A stretch of 30,482 bases of DNA from Abditibacteriaceae bacterium (lineage in GTDB: Bacteria > Armatimonadota > Abditibacteriia > Abditibacteriales > Abditibacteriaceae): the NCBI GenBank assembly GCA_031372065.1, contig JANMKN010000375.1, positions 1-30,482 of the forward strand, read 5' to 3'. The translations under genes and the position numbers were made by a program. The notes under the pieces are model-generated. The model saw only the letters and a program-made list of their open reading frames with translations. It made no database searches and was not told the origin of the DNA. How positions within the stretch are numbered: position 1 is the stretch's first letter; every line of letters begins with the position of its first letter. This document shows positions 8,751-16,743 of the stretch, one piece after another.

Positions 8751-8763
8751 TACAATAATTTGA

Positions 8764-10131
8764 ATGATCCTCAAACATTGCTCACTATTCATTTTCTGTT
8801 TGATTCAAATACTTTTTGCTACAACAAATGTGCTGGCACAGCCAAGTGCAAAGCGCGTCTTTGACAAAGGCGAAGTAGCAACCTTAATCCAAAATATAGA
8901 GAATGGTGATAATGCCTCAATTCTAAAAAATCAGTATTTTCGTGCGCCTGACTTTAAACCACAATTTCCCTCAAATGAAGGGTTGGGTTTATTGAATCAA
9001 GAGCTAACAAAGGAAAAAGCAGGAACATCGCGCTGGTTTGCGCTGCAATCTGTAAAGGCGTGGGCACTTTCGCAGATTAAAGGAGCCTCATGGACCGATA
9101 TGCTGAAGACTTACGATGAATTATTTTCTGTTGCAGAAATATCGTTAAGCCTTAAGCAAGACGAAAAGATTGTGTCCACAATACAAAAAGCAATCTATGA
9201 TTACACTCTTTTGATTTCTGATACGAGCGGTCTGGCCGTTAATAGGCCTGTGAAGAAATTTGCTTACAGAGCATGGTCGCCTTCGTCGGCATTTGGTCAG
9301 GAAGACCAACCAGTTGTGACCAAGCCGACGCAAGCTCTAACTCCAACTAATGTAACGCTAAAAGCCTTTCAAATATATTTACAGTTGGCGGCGCAAAATA
9401 AAAGTCTTCCTCCCAAGATGACTTGGGGATATATTTTTAGTTCTTCCGGTGGACAACGCGTTATTGAAATGACCAATAAAGCACTCGGACCAGATATGCC
9501 CAAAACCTTCGCGGTCTATGAGGTTGCCGTGGATATTTTTAGTAGTTTCAATCGGCAAAAAGCCATTTCAATTCTAAAAGAACGTGAAAATAGCATTGAT
9601 AAAAGTAAAACGCAACAGGTCAAATGGCTTTATTGGAATTTGGCGCTTCTTGCAGAAAATGATAGTGAACAGCTAAAGTATTTGAAACAGCTTGTGAATT
9701 TGACTGGACAAAAAAGAGCCGAATTAGCTTTTTGGTATCGTTCAGCTAAGGATACAAAGTCCTTTCAGGAAATAATTAATACTCTCTGTAATGCTAACGC
9801 TAATGAAGAAGATATTATAGAATTGGCCGAAGGTTTGTTTCGATGGTTTGAAGATGATCCACATAAAAATCGCGCGGATGCGAACTCCGCTATTGTCCTG
9901 TTACAAAAATATCTGGCTAACAAAAGGAAAAGAGATGTTGATAGTGAGTTAAAAGCTCGTTTGCTGTTAAGCAAATTTCACGTTGCAAACAACAAGCGCG
10001 ACCAAGCAATTGATGTATTAAATGTTGACCATTTAAAAACCTCGCTTGCAAGCGAAGCGAGTAAGATTAGGTTCCAGTTGGCACAAGAGCAACGCCGAAT
10101 CCTGATTGCATTACAAAAGAAAAAGCAATAA
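8764..10131 (+). CDS. Secreted hypothetical protein with a helical/TPR-like C-terminal half; AT-rich, probably acquired
   Basis: 455-aa ORF with a signal peptide ending VLA-Q; visibly more AT-rich than neighbours, with few alternative-frame ORFs; TACAAT 7 nt before the ATG. Confidence 0.7.
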   Translation: MILKHCSLFIFCLIQILFATTNVLAQPSAKRVFDKGEVATLIQNIENGDNASILKNQYFRAPDFKPQFPSNEGLGLLNQELTKEKAGTSRWFALQSVKAWALSQIKGASWTDMLKTYDELFSVAEISLSLKQDEKIVSTIQKAIYDYTLLISDTSGLAVNRPVKKFAYRAWSPSSAFGQEDQPVVTKPTQALTPTNVTLKAFQIYLQLAAQNKSLPPKMTWGYIFSSSGGQRVIEMTNKALGPDMPKTFAVYEVAVDIFSSFNRQKAISILKERENSIDKSKTQQVKWLYWNLALLAENDSEQLKYLKQLVNLTGQKRAELAFWYRSAKDTKSFQEIINTLCNANANEEDIIELAEGLFRWFEDDPHKNRADANSAIVLLQKYLANKRKRDVDSELKARLLLSKFHVANNKRDQAIDVLNVDHLKTSLASEASKIRFQLAQEQRRILIALQKKKQ

Positions 10132-10177
10132 AACGCGAACAAGAATTTCACTCCTTTTACGGACGAATGTAAGCTAC

Positions 10178-10420
10178 AAGCATTATTCCTCCCAAACCAA
10201 GCAAAACTTCTTCATTCCACAGCAAATTCCCTTAAATTTAAGCGTGATTGCTTGAAAACCAAGCAACCTTCCTACTTCGCAACGAAAATTTCCGTAAATT
10301 TAAGCGTCGTCCCTCGAAAAAACGGAATCTTCCTTACAATCGAAGGAAGATTCCGTTTTTTTGAAGAGAAATTCCGTTTTTGGCAAGCAAATTTCCGAAA
10401 ATTAACGGAAATTTGCGTTA
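10178..10420. repeat. Degenerate ~19-22-bp periodic array containing a perfect 19-bp inverted repeat
   Basis: AAGC/AACG-type starts at 10178, 10199, 10220, 10240, 10261, 10281, 10302, 10321, 10343, 10364, 10385 and 10404; inverted repeat AAAAAACGGAATCTTCCTT (10317-10335) / (10343-10361). Confidence 0.65.
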
Positions 10421-10422
10421 GT

Positions 10423-10875
10423 TTAGGGGTTTGGGGCTTCGGGTTTCTTTTTGCGTTTGAATTGTTCGCTGAGGTCGCGTTTTTCGTCGTCGAGGCCGAC
10501 GGCATCTTGCACGCCGTCGTAAACCGCTAAAGAGGCGCCATAAGCCTCAATCAGCGCTAACGAAAAGGTGTCTTCGATTTCGTCGAGCAATCGGCGCACG
10601 GCAATGAGGACCGGCAAAAGCTCCTGAGCCAGCGCAGCGTCCGTTTGCATAGCGGTCAAATCGAAGCTGCCGCGCAAAATTTCAGGATGTTGGCGGGCGA
10701 TTTCAAGACACTTGAGAATAAAAGGCAAGGCCGAGGCGCCAATTTTCGGCAATCTTTGGCGCTCTTGGGGCGACAAATCAACGAGAAACGGCAAAATTTG
10801 ACGGAGGGCTGACACGCCGTCGAGTGCGGCCTGTTTTTGGGCGGCAGTCAATGAAGCGTTAATGCGATTGGGCAT
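10423..10875 (-). CDS. Conserved ~150-aa all-helical hypothetical protein
   Basis: N.I.A.L ... LPFLVDL.P.ER..LPK.G....F....LE.A...P..L...FD ... DT......EAY...L.VY pattern of a widespread uncharacterised family (from memory); has its own promoter. Confidence 0.75.
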   Translation of the reverse strand: MPNRINASLTAAQKQAALDGVSALRQILPFLVDLSPQERQRLPKIGASALPFILKCLEIARQHPEILRGSFDLTAMQTDAALAQELLPVLIAVRRLLDEIEDTFSLALIEAYGASLAVYDGVQDAVGLDDEKRDLSEQFKRKKKPEAPNP

Positions 10876-10910
10876 GCTGTTTCATTCCTAACAATTTAGA
10901 GCTAAGAATA

Positions 10911-10940
10911 ATAATACAGCGTTGGAAATTCACCTGTCAA
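10911..10940 (-). promoter_or_regulatory. Sigma70-type promoter of the 150-aa gene
   Basis: Minus strand TTGACA (10940-10935), 18-nt spacer, TATTAT (10916-10911). Confidence 0.7.
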
Positions 10941-10953
10941 GTCGGCGGCTGTT

Positions 10954-11706
10954 TTAAATCAAATTATGCCGCGCGCAACGGGCACGGAATTCTTCCATTC
11001 CGGCGCGGTGCGCTTGGTTGAGGTGAAATGTGACGGCGTGGCGTAGGTAATCTTCGATTTGAGGAAGCGCGAGGCGGGTGGGAATCGGGTTTTCGGCGAC
11101 GATTTGGGGCAGTTTTGCTTCGCCTGCGTCGCGGGTTTGGCTGAGTAATTCGTCTAAGTTTTCGGTTTTTTGACGGGCAATCCATGCGGCGAAAACGAAA
11201 GGCAAGCCTGTCATTTTCTTCCACTCTGCGCCTAAATCTATGATTTCCACGCCGTTTGGCGGGTTTTGCGCGGCTTCCAAGGCATTATCGCCGATAATTA
11301 AGGCCGCGTCGTGCTTTTTTAGCATTTCGTCGAGATTGGGCGCGTGATCTATAAAAGGCGGGCGCGCGTTGAAGCAATCGGCTAAAAGCACGCGCAAAAG
11401 GGCAACGGAAGTGTGCGAACTGGTGTCGGCGGCCACGCTTTTGATTTCGCGCGGCGCTTTTTTCGTGAACAGCAAAACCGACCACACCGCGCCGTCGCTG
11501 CCAATGCAGGCATCCGAAACGAGAAACGATTGCGGGTCGCGGAAATGGTCAACAATCGGCAAAAGGGCGGCGGCGCACTCGCCATTTTGCAAATGCGCAC
11601 CCAAACGAGCGGGCACCACGCGAATAATGCGCGCTGCCCCACTCGTTTCTAAGGGCCGATATAAAGGTAAGGCGTTAAGATAGGGAACTGAGCCAAGCGT
11701 GAGCAT
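10954..11706 (-). CDS. mqnA: Chorismate dehydratase MqnA (futalosine menaquinone pathway)
   Basis: LGSVPYLNALPL, G.V.SVLLF, S.TSV.L, LIIGD.AL and DLG.EW...TGLPFVFA.W motifs; start set at ATG 11706. Confidence 0.9.
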   Translation of the reverse strand: MLTLGSVPYLNALPLYRPLETSGAARIIRVVPARLGAHLQNGECAAALLPIVDHFRDPQSFLVSDACIGSDGAVWSVLLFTKKAPREIKSVAADTSSHTSVALLRVLLADCFNARPPFIDHAPNLDEMLKKHDAALIIGDNALEAAQNPPNGVEIIDLGAEWKKMTGLPFVFAAWIARQKTENLDELLSQTRDAGEAKLPQIVAENPIPTRLALPQIEDYLRHAVTFHLNQAHRAGMEEFRARCARHNLI

Positions 11707-11708
11707 AG

Positions 11709-12428
11709 TCACGCTTGACGATTGTTGATTGACGATTGACGCCGCCGTTTTTTTAATGTGTGTGCCAATAAAATAACGCCGCCCGCCAAGCCAATTTGAA
11801 CGCAAATCTCCATCCAATGCGGCGGATGCAGCATCGTTTTGGTGAAATGATCGGTCATGATAAGTTCGCCCGCCACTTTGCCTAAAATCGCGGCGCCTAT
11901 CGTCACGATAATCGGAAAGCGATTCATCCAACCCGCCAACAGGTTGCTGGCGAAGACCACGAGCGGAATGCTGAGGCCCAAACCGAAAATCAGCAGCGCA
12001 TTACTGCCTTTGGAGGCGCCCGCGACGGCCAAAACATTATCCACCGACATGGTAACATCGGCGATCATAATCATCCATACCGCTTGCCACAGCGTTGAGG
12101 CGCCCTGACCGTTTTCAGTATGTGAATTTTCTTGCAAAAGCAATTTGATAGCGATCCACAAAATGAGAAGGCCACCGACCAGTTTGATGTAATTTAATTC
12201 CATCAACTGTGCGGCGACAGCCGTGAGCGCCACGCGCAGCAAAACGGCCACGCCCGCGCCCAAAATGATGCCCCATTTGCGCTGTTTATCGGGCAGCGTG
12301 CGCACCGCCAACGCGATAACGACGGCGTTATCGCCAGCCAACACGATGTCAACGAGAATAATGGTGAGAATCGCCAGCGCAATCGGGCCGGGGCCATGAA
12401 GATTGGCGGGAAGATCGGGATGAGGCAT
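11709..12428 (-). CDS. TerC-family (YjbE-like) integral membrane protein
   Basis: DIVLAGDNAVVIALA and IADVTMSVDNVLAVAGA signatures. Confidence 0.92.
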   Translation of the reverse strand: MPHPDLPANLHGPGPIALAILTIILVDIVLAGDNAVVIALAVRTLPDKQRKWGIILGAGVAVLLRVALTAVAAQLMELNYIKLVGGLLILWIAIKLLLQENSHTENGQGASTLWQAVWMIMIADVTMSVDNVLAVAGASKGSNALLIFGLGLSIPLVVFASNLLAGWMNRFPIIVTIGAAILGKVAGELIMTDHFTKTMLHPPHWMEICVQIGLAGGVILLAHTLKKRRRQSSINNRQA

Positions 12429-12449
12429 GAATCAAAAAGAAAACCAAAA

Positions 12450-12506
12450 CGGGGCTGGCGCGCCGTCTCCAAAGTTAAATCTATTTGGAAAGGCGTGCCA
12501 GCCCCG
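12450..12506 (-). terminator. Intrinsic terminator of topA
   Basis: CGGGGCTGGCGCGCC / GGCGTGCCAGCCCCG stem followed by a U-tract on the minus strand. Confidence 0.75.
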
Positions 12507-12520
12507 CTTTACAAATCACT

Positions 12521-14878
12521 CTATGCCGCTTTCGTTTTGGCGGCAGCTTTTTTAGCAGCAGGCTTAACAGTCTTCTTCGCGGCGGGCGCCGGTGTTTCGC
12601 CGGGTTCGGGCCATTTTGGGGAGCCGTCTTTGTTGACTTTGATGATGGTTTTGCACTTGGGATAGCCGGTGCAACCCAAAAACGGCCCGAAACGGCCTTT
12701 GCGCATCGCCAACGGTTCGCCGCAGTTGGGACACTTGTGATCGGTAATTATCGGCTCGACTTTGTAACGCGGCACGCCATCGGGATTGTTCGCCATAATA
12801 TCTCCGTTTTCGTTGGTTTCGCCTTCGGCACTCGCGCTTTTCGGCACGTCAATGGCGATGGTGTTTTTGCATTTAGGGTAGCCAGTGCAGCCCCAAAACG
12901 GCCCGCGACTGCTGGCGCGCACCACCATGTCTTTGCCGCATTTTTCGCATTCGCGCGTCGCGCCCGGCTCGATGCCTTCGACAACAATCGGCACTTTTTC
13001 GGCTTTGGCGACGGGTTCGCCTTCGGCGCCCACGTTCATTGTCGTTTTGCATTCGGCGTCGGAACAAGAGAAAAACGGGCCGAAGCGTCCGCGACGGAGC
13101 AGCAATTTCTTGCCGCACGTCGGGCAATCGAAATCCGTCTCGACGGGGCCAAGTTTTTCCATTTCGTCGGTGGCTTTTTGCAATTCTTCCGAGAATGGCA
13201 CATAAAATTCGCGCAGCAGTTTGACCCAATCCTGCTTGCCTTCTTCGACTTCGTCCAGCTTTTCTTCCATGTTCGCCGTGAACTGCACGTCCACTTCGCG
13301 CGGAAAATGCAGCACCAACTTGTCGTTGACGGTGAAGCCTAAATCCGTCGGCGAAAAACGCTTTTGTTCCAGCAGCGCATAATTGCGATCTTGGATTGTC
13401 GAAAGCGTTTGCGCATAGGTCGAAGGCCGTCCGATGCCGTTTTCTTCGAGTGTTTTCACCAGCGTGGCTTCGGTGTAGCGCGGCGGCGGTTGCGTGAAAT
13501 GCTGGCGCGGCAAAATGTCTTTTAAGTCCAATGCCTGATCTTGTTCGAGAGGCGGCAATTTGCGCTCGGCGTTTTCGTCGTCCGGCTCGATTTCATCCGA
13601 TTTGTCTTCGTCTTTGGCTTCTTCGTAAACCACCAGAAAACCAGCAAACTTCACAATCGAACCGCTGGCGCGCAGGCCATATTCGCCCGCTGCTATGTCC
13701 ACGGTTGTGGTATCGAGAATTGCCGGTTTCATCTGCGAAGCCACAAACCGGCGCCAAATTAAACGGTAAAGTTTGAATTGATCGGACGAAAGATACTGTT
13801 CAATGTCTTCGGGAATGCAAGTCACATCCGAAGGCCGGATCGCTTCATGCGCTTCTTGGGCGCTTTTGCGATTTTTATAAGTCGGCGGCGCATCGGGCAC
13901 GAATTCGCTGCCATAGCGCGTCGAAATCAGGCCGCGCGCCGCTTCTTGGGCTTCTTTGGCAATCGTCGTCGAATCGGTGCGCATATAGGTGATTAAACCA
14001 ACCGGCGCGCTGCCGCCCAGCGGAATTCCTTCGTAAAGCTGTTGCGCCGTCATCATGGTGCGCTTGGCCGAAAAACCATGCTGGCGGCTGCCATCCTGTT
14101 GCAACGTCGAAGTGATAAAAGGCGCCAATGGATTGCGGCGCTTTTCGCGGCGCGTCACTTTGGAAACAACGTAATTGCGCGTTCGCAGAGCATCCACCAG
14201 TTCGGTGGCTTCGGTTTCATTGCCGATGGTCAGTTTTTCGTTGTTTTTGGTGATTAATTTGGCCGGAAACTGAAACTCTTGCACTTGCGGCGACAAAAGC
14301 GCGGTGATGCTCCAATATTCTTCGGTTTTGAAGGCTTGAATTTCTCGTTCGCGCTCGCAAATGAGACGAAGCGCCACCGATTGCACGCGGCCTGCCGACA
14401 AGCCTTTTTGAATTTTGCGCGCCAAAAGCGGCGAAATTTTATAGCCGATAATGCGATCTAAAACGCGCCGCGCTTGTTGAGCGTTGACGCGATCCATGTT
14501 GATTTCGCGCGGCTGCGTTAGGGCGCGTTGCACGGCGGTTTTGGTGATTTCGTTAAATTCGATGCGATGTGAATTTTTGAGTTTGAGCGCCTCACGGATG
14601 TGCCACGCGATAGCTTCGCCTTCACGATCCGGGTCGCTGGCTAAATAAACGACATCGGCTTCTTTGGCGGCTTTTTTCAGTTCATCAATAATGCGCTTGC
14701 GATCTTCGAGCAGTTCATACTTCGGCGCAAAATCGTTTTCAATATCTACGGCGAGGCCACTTTTGGGCAAGTCACGAACGTGCCCTTGTGAGCCTTTGAT
14801 GATGAAATCCGGCCCCAGAAAACCCTTGAGGGTCTTGACCTTAGTGGGCGATTCAACAATGAGTAGTGATTTCGGCAT
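12521..14878 (-). CDS. topA: DNA topoisomerase I
   Basis: LLIVESP.K, toprim DPDREGE, SAGRVQS, catalytic LITYMRTDS, three C-terminal zinc ribbons and a Lys/Ala-rich tail. Confidence 0.98.
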   Translation of the reverse strand: MPKSLLIVESPTKVKTLKGFLGPDFIIKGSQGHVRDLPKSGLAVDIENDFAPKYELLEDRKRIIDELKKAAKEADVVYLASDPDREGEAIAWHIREALKLKNSHRIEFNEITKTAVQRALTQPREINMDRVNAQQARRVLDRIIGYKISPLLARKIQKGLSAGRVQSVALRLICEREREIQAFKTEEYWSITALLSPQVQEFQFPAKLITKNNEKLTIGNETEATELVDALRTRNYVVSKVTRREKRRNPLAPFITSTLQQDGSRQHGFSAKRTMMTAQQLYEGIPLGGSAPVGLITYMRTDSTTIAKEAQEAARGLISTRYGSEFVPDAPPTYKNRKSAQEAHEAIRPSDVTCIPEDIEQYLSSDQFKLYRLIWRRFVASQMKPAILDTTTVDIAAGEYGLRASGSIVKFAGFLVVYEEAKDEDKSDEIEPDDENAERKLPPLEQDQALDLKDILPRQHFTQPPPRYTEATLVKTLEENGIGRPSTYAQTLSTIQDRNYALLEQKRFSPTDLGFTVNDKLVLHFPREVDVQFTANMEEKLDEVEEGKQDWVKLLREFYVPFSEELQKATDEMEKLGPVETDFDCPTCGKKLLLRRGRFGPFFSCSDAECKTTMNVGAEGEPVAKAEKVPIVVEGIEPGATRECEKCGKDMVVRASSRGPFWGCTGYPKCKNTIAIDVPKSASAEGETNENGDIMANNPDGVPRYKVEPIITDHKCPNCGEPLAMRKGRFGPFLGCTGYPKCKTIIKVNKDGSPKWPEPGETPAPAAKKTVKPAAKKAAAKTKAA

Positions 14879-14886
14879 AATTCTCC

Positions 14887-14967
14887 GAGCTTTTAGCGAT
14901 TAGCTTTTAGCTACGGCGCTTTGGTAAAAGCTAACCGCTAACTGCTAACCGCTAAAAGCTAATCGCT
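14887..14967. repeat. Inverted heptamer-unit element (TTTTAGC/GCTAACC type)
   Basis: AGCGATTAGCTTTTAGC (14895-14911) pairs exactly with GCTAAAAGCTAATCGCT (14951-14967); contains the dprA stop codon. Confidence 0.8.
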
Positions 14968-16140
14968 TCTAATAAACATTCCGCCGGGCAAACGGCGCGC
15001 GGCGCCTTTGAGTTCGAGCATGACTAACGTCGCATTAACCTCTCCGGCTCCCATGTTGGCGGCAGCGGCGATGTCGTCCACATGACGCGGCTCCACATCC
15101 AAAACCAAATAAACGCGGTTTTCCGCCGCCGATAAATCATGGCGCAGGCCCGATTTTGGCGGCGCAGCAGCCACATCGTCCTGCCGCGCTTTTTGCGCCA
15201 CGCGCAAATCTTCAAACGGCAAAGCACGCGAATTGAGCGAGGTGATGATGTCGTCCACGCTGTCCACCAAAGTGGCGCCCGCCTTAATTAAAGCGTGTGC
15301 GCCCTTGCTTTGGGCTTTGTGAATGTTGCCCGGCACGGCGAACACTTCGCGGCCTTGCTCTAAAGCGAAATCGGCTGTTATCAAAGCGCCGCTGCGTTCG
15401 GCGGCTTCGACAACGACCACGCCGACGCTCAGGCCACTAATAATGCGATTGCGCGCCGGAAAATGCCACGATTCGGGATGCACCGTCGGCGCAAATTCGC
15501 TGATGCACGCACCGGCATTTTCGATTTGCTCCATCAAAGCGCGGTTTTCCGACGGATACGCCACATCCAAACCGCAGCCGCAAACGGCGAAAGTGCGCCC
15601 GCCGGCATCAACCGCGCCTTTGTGCGCTTGCGTATCCACGCCGCGCGCCAAACCGCTGACAACTGTCACGCCACGCTGCGCCAAATCGCTGCCCAGTTTC
15701 GTGGCGATGCCTTTGCCATATTCCGTCGCGTGGCGCGTGCCCACGATGGCGACAGCGGCGCGATCACGCTCTTCAATCGTGCCGCGCACGAATAAATAAG
15801 GTGGCGGATCAGGCAAACCGGCCAACGCCGCCGGATAATCGGGACTTTCACGAAGTAAAAGTCGAATTCCAAAGTCGCGCATGGCCTTCTGTGCCTTAAT
15901 GATGTCGCGTTTGGCGGCTTCCTGCAAGCGTTCGATAGTTTTGGGTGTGATGCCCGATGTGGCGAGCAACTCATTTTCCTGCCCATTTTGCGCCGCTTTG
16001 AGCAGATTTTCCGGCCCGCCCCACTTTTCCAGCGCCGACAGCGAACGCGCCGCCGGAAGACCGACAAACGCAAAGCGCAACCACGATTCCTCATCGAAAT
16101 CCGGCACCTCGGCAGCGGAGAAATTCATTTCATCATTCAT
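14959..16140 (-). CDS. dprA: DNA-processing protein DprA (Smf)
   Basis: VAIVGTR, VVSGLARGVD..AH, FPARNRIISGLS, VVEAA.RSGALITA and C-terminal winged-helix LELKG; adjacent to topA; start set at ATG 16140. Confidence 0.96.
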   Translation of the reverse strand: MNDEMNFSAAEVPDFDEESWLRFAFVGLPAARSLSALEKWGGPENLLKAAQNGQENELLATSGITPKTIERLQEAAKRDIIKAQKAMRDFGIRLLLRESPDYPAALAGLPDPPPYLFVRGTIEERDRAAVAIVGTRHATEYGKGIATKLGSDLAQRGVTVVSGLARGVDTQAHKGAVDAGGRTFAVCGCGLDVAYPSENRALMEQIENAGACISEFAPTVHPESWHFPARNRIISGLSVGVVVVEAAERSGALITADFALEQGREVFAVPGNIHKAQSKGAHALIKAGATLVDSVDDIITSLNSRALPFEDLRVAQKARQDDVAAAPPKSGLRHDLSAAENRVYLVLDVEPRHVDDIAAAANMGAGEVNATLVMLELKGAARRLPGGMFIRSD

Positions 16141-16303
16141 GGCAGGCGATTTACAAGGCAACGGCAAGGAAATATAAACAAAAGCCGCCCGCCGCGCAAG
16201 TTCGATAATTTTTCTCATAAGCGCGGCGAGCGGCCTAAAAGACCAAATTTTCGCCTGCAAAACCACATTTCCTTGCCTGAAACAAGAAGTTTCAACTGCC
16301 AGT

Positions 16304-16534
16304 TTGGTAGTTTTGCCTGAAAACTTGGTTGTTTCGGCTGCCGACTTGGTTGTCTTGCTTGCGGAGTTGGTTGTTTCGCTTCCCGACTTGGTTGTCTCGC
16401 TTGCGGAGTTGGTTGTCTTGCCTGCCGACTCGGTTGTTTTGCTTCAACCAATGGTTGTCTTGCTTCCCGATTTGGTTGTCTTGCCTCAACCGATGGTTGT
16501 CTCGGTTCCCGCCTTGGTTGTTTCGCTAAAACTC
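16304..16534. repeat. 21-bp tandem array of 11 units: conserved TTGGTTGT core plus variable tail
   Basis: Units start exactly every 21 bp at 16304, 16325 ... 16514. Confidence 0.95.
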
Positions 16535-16689
16535 GTGTTGGGCTAAATCTCTTTTCACGAATGGATTATCTAAGTGGCTACAGAAGCTGGCTGCGGGGTT
16601 GTCGCCCTCTTCCAAACGGGCAGCCGCAGATTAGGAGTGACCACCTGATTTGGAAGAAAGCGTTAGCTCCGCTAAAAACGCGCCGGACA

Positions 16690-16732
16690 AAAAAGCCGAC
16701 GCGCTTGGAAATTCCAAACACGTCGGCTTTTT
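16690..16732 (-). terminator. Intrinsic terminator, probably bidirectional
   Basis: AAAAAGCCGACG ... CGTCGGCTTTTT, just after the stop of the PQQ-propeller gene. Confidence 0.8.
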
Positions 16733-16743
16733 GAAACGGAGAA

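Noticed and set aside
11707..11931. 75-aa N-terminal extension of MqnA in the ORF track
   Set aside because: It overlaps the TerC gene in another frame; MqnA similarity starts at ATG 11706.
12429..12520. yybP-ykoY manganese riboswitch upstream of the TerC gene
   Set aside because: The space is filled by the topA terminator hairpin, and the expected conserved motifs are not visible.
16574..16657. HDV-like ribozyme reading of the structured segment
   Set aside because: A nested double-pseudoknot can be drawn, but the catalytic J4/2 C-N-R-A and the pyrimidine-rich 7-nt L3 are not present in the required positions on either strand.
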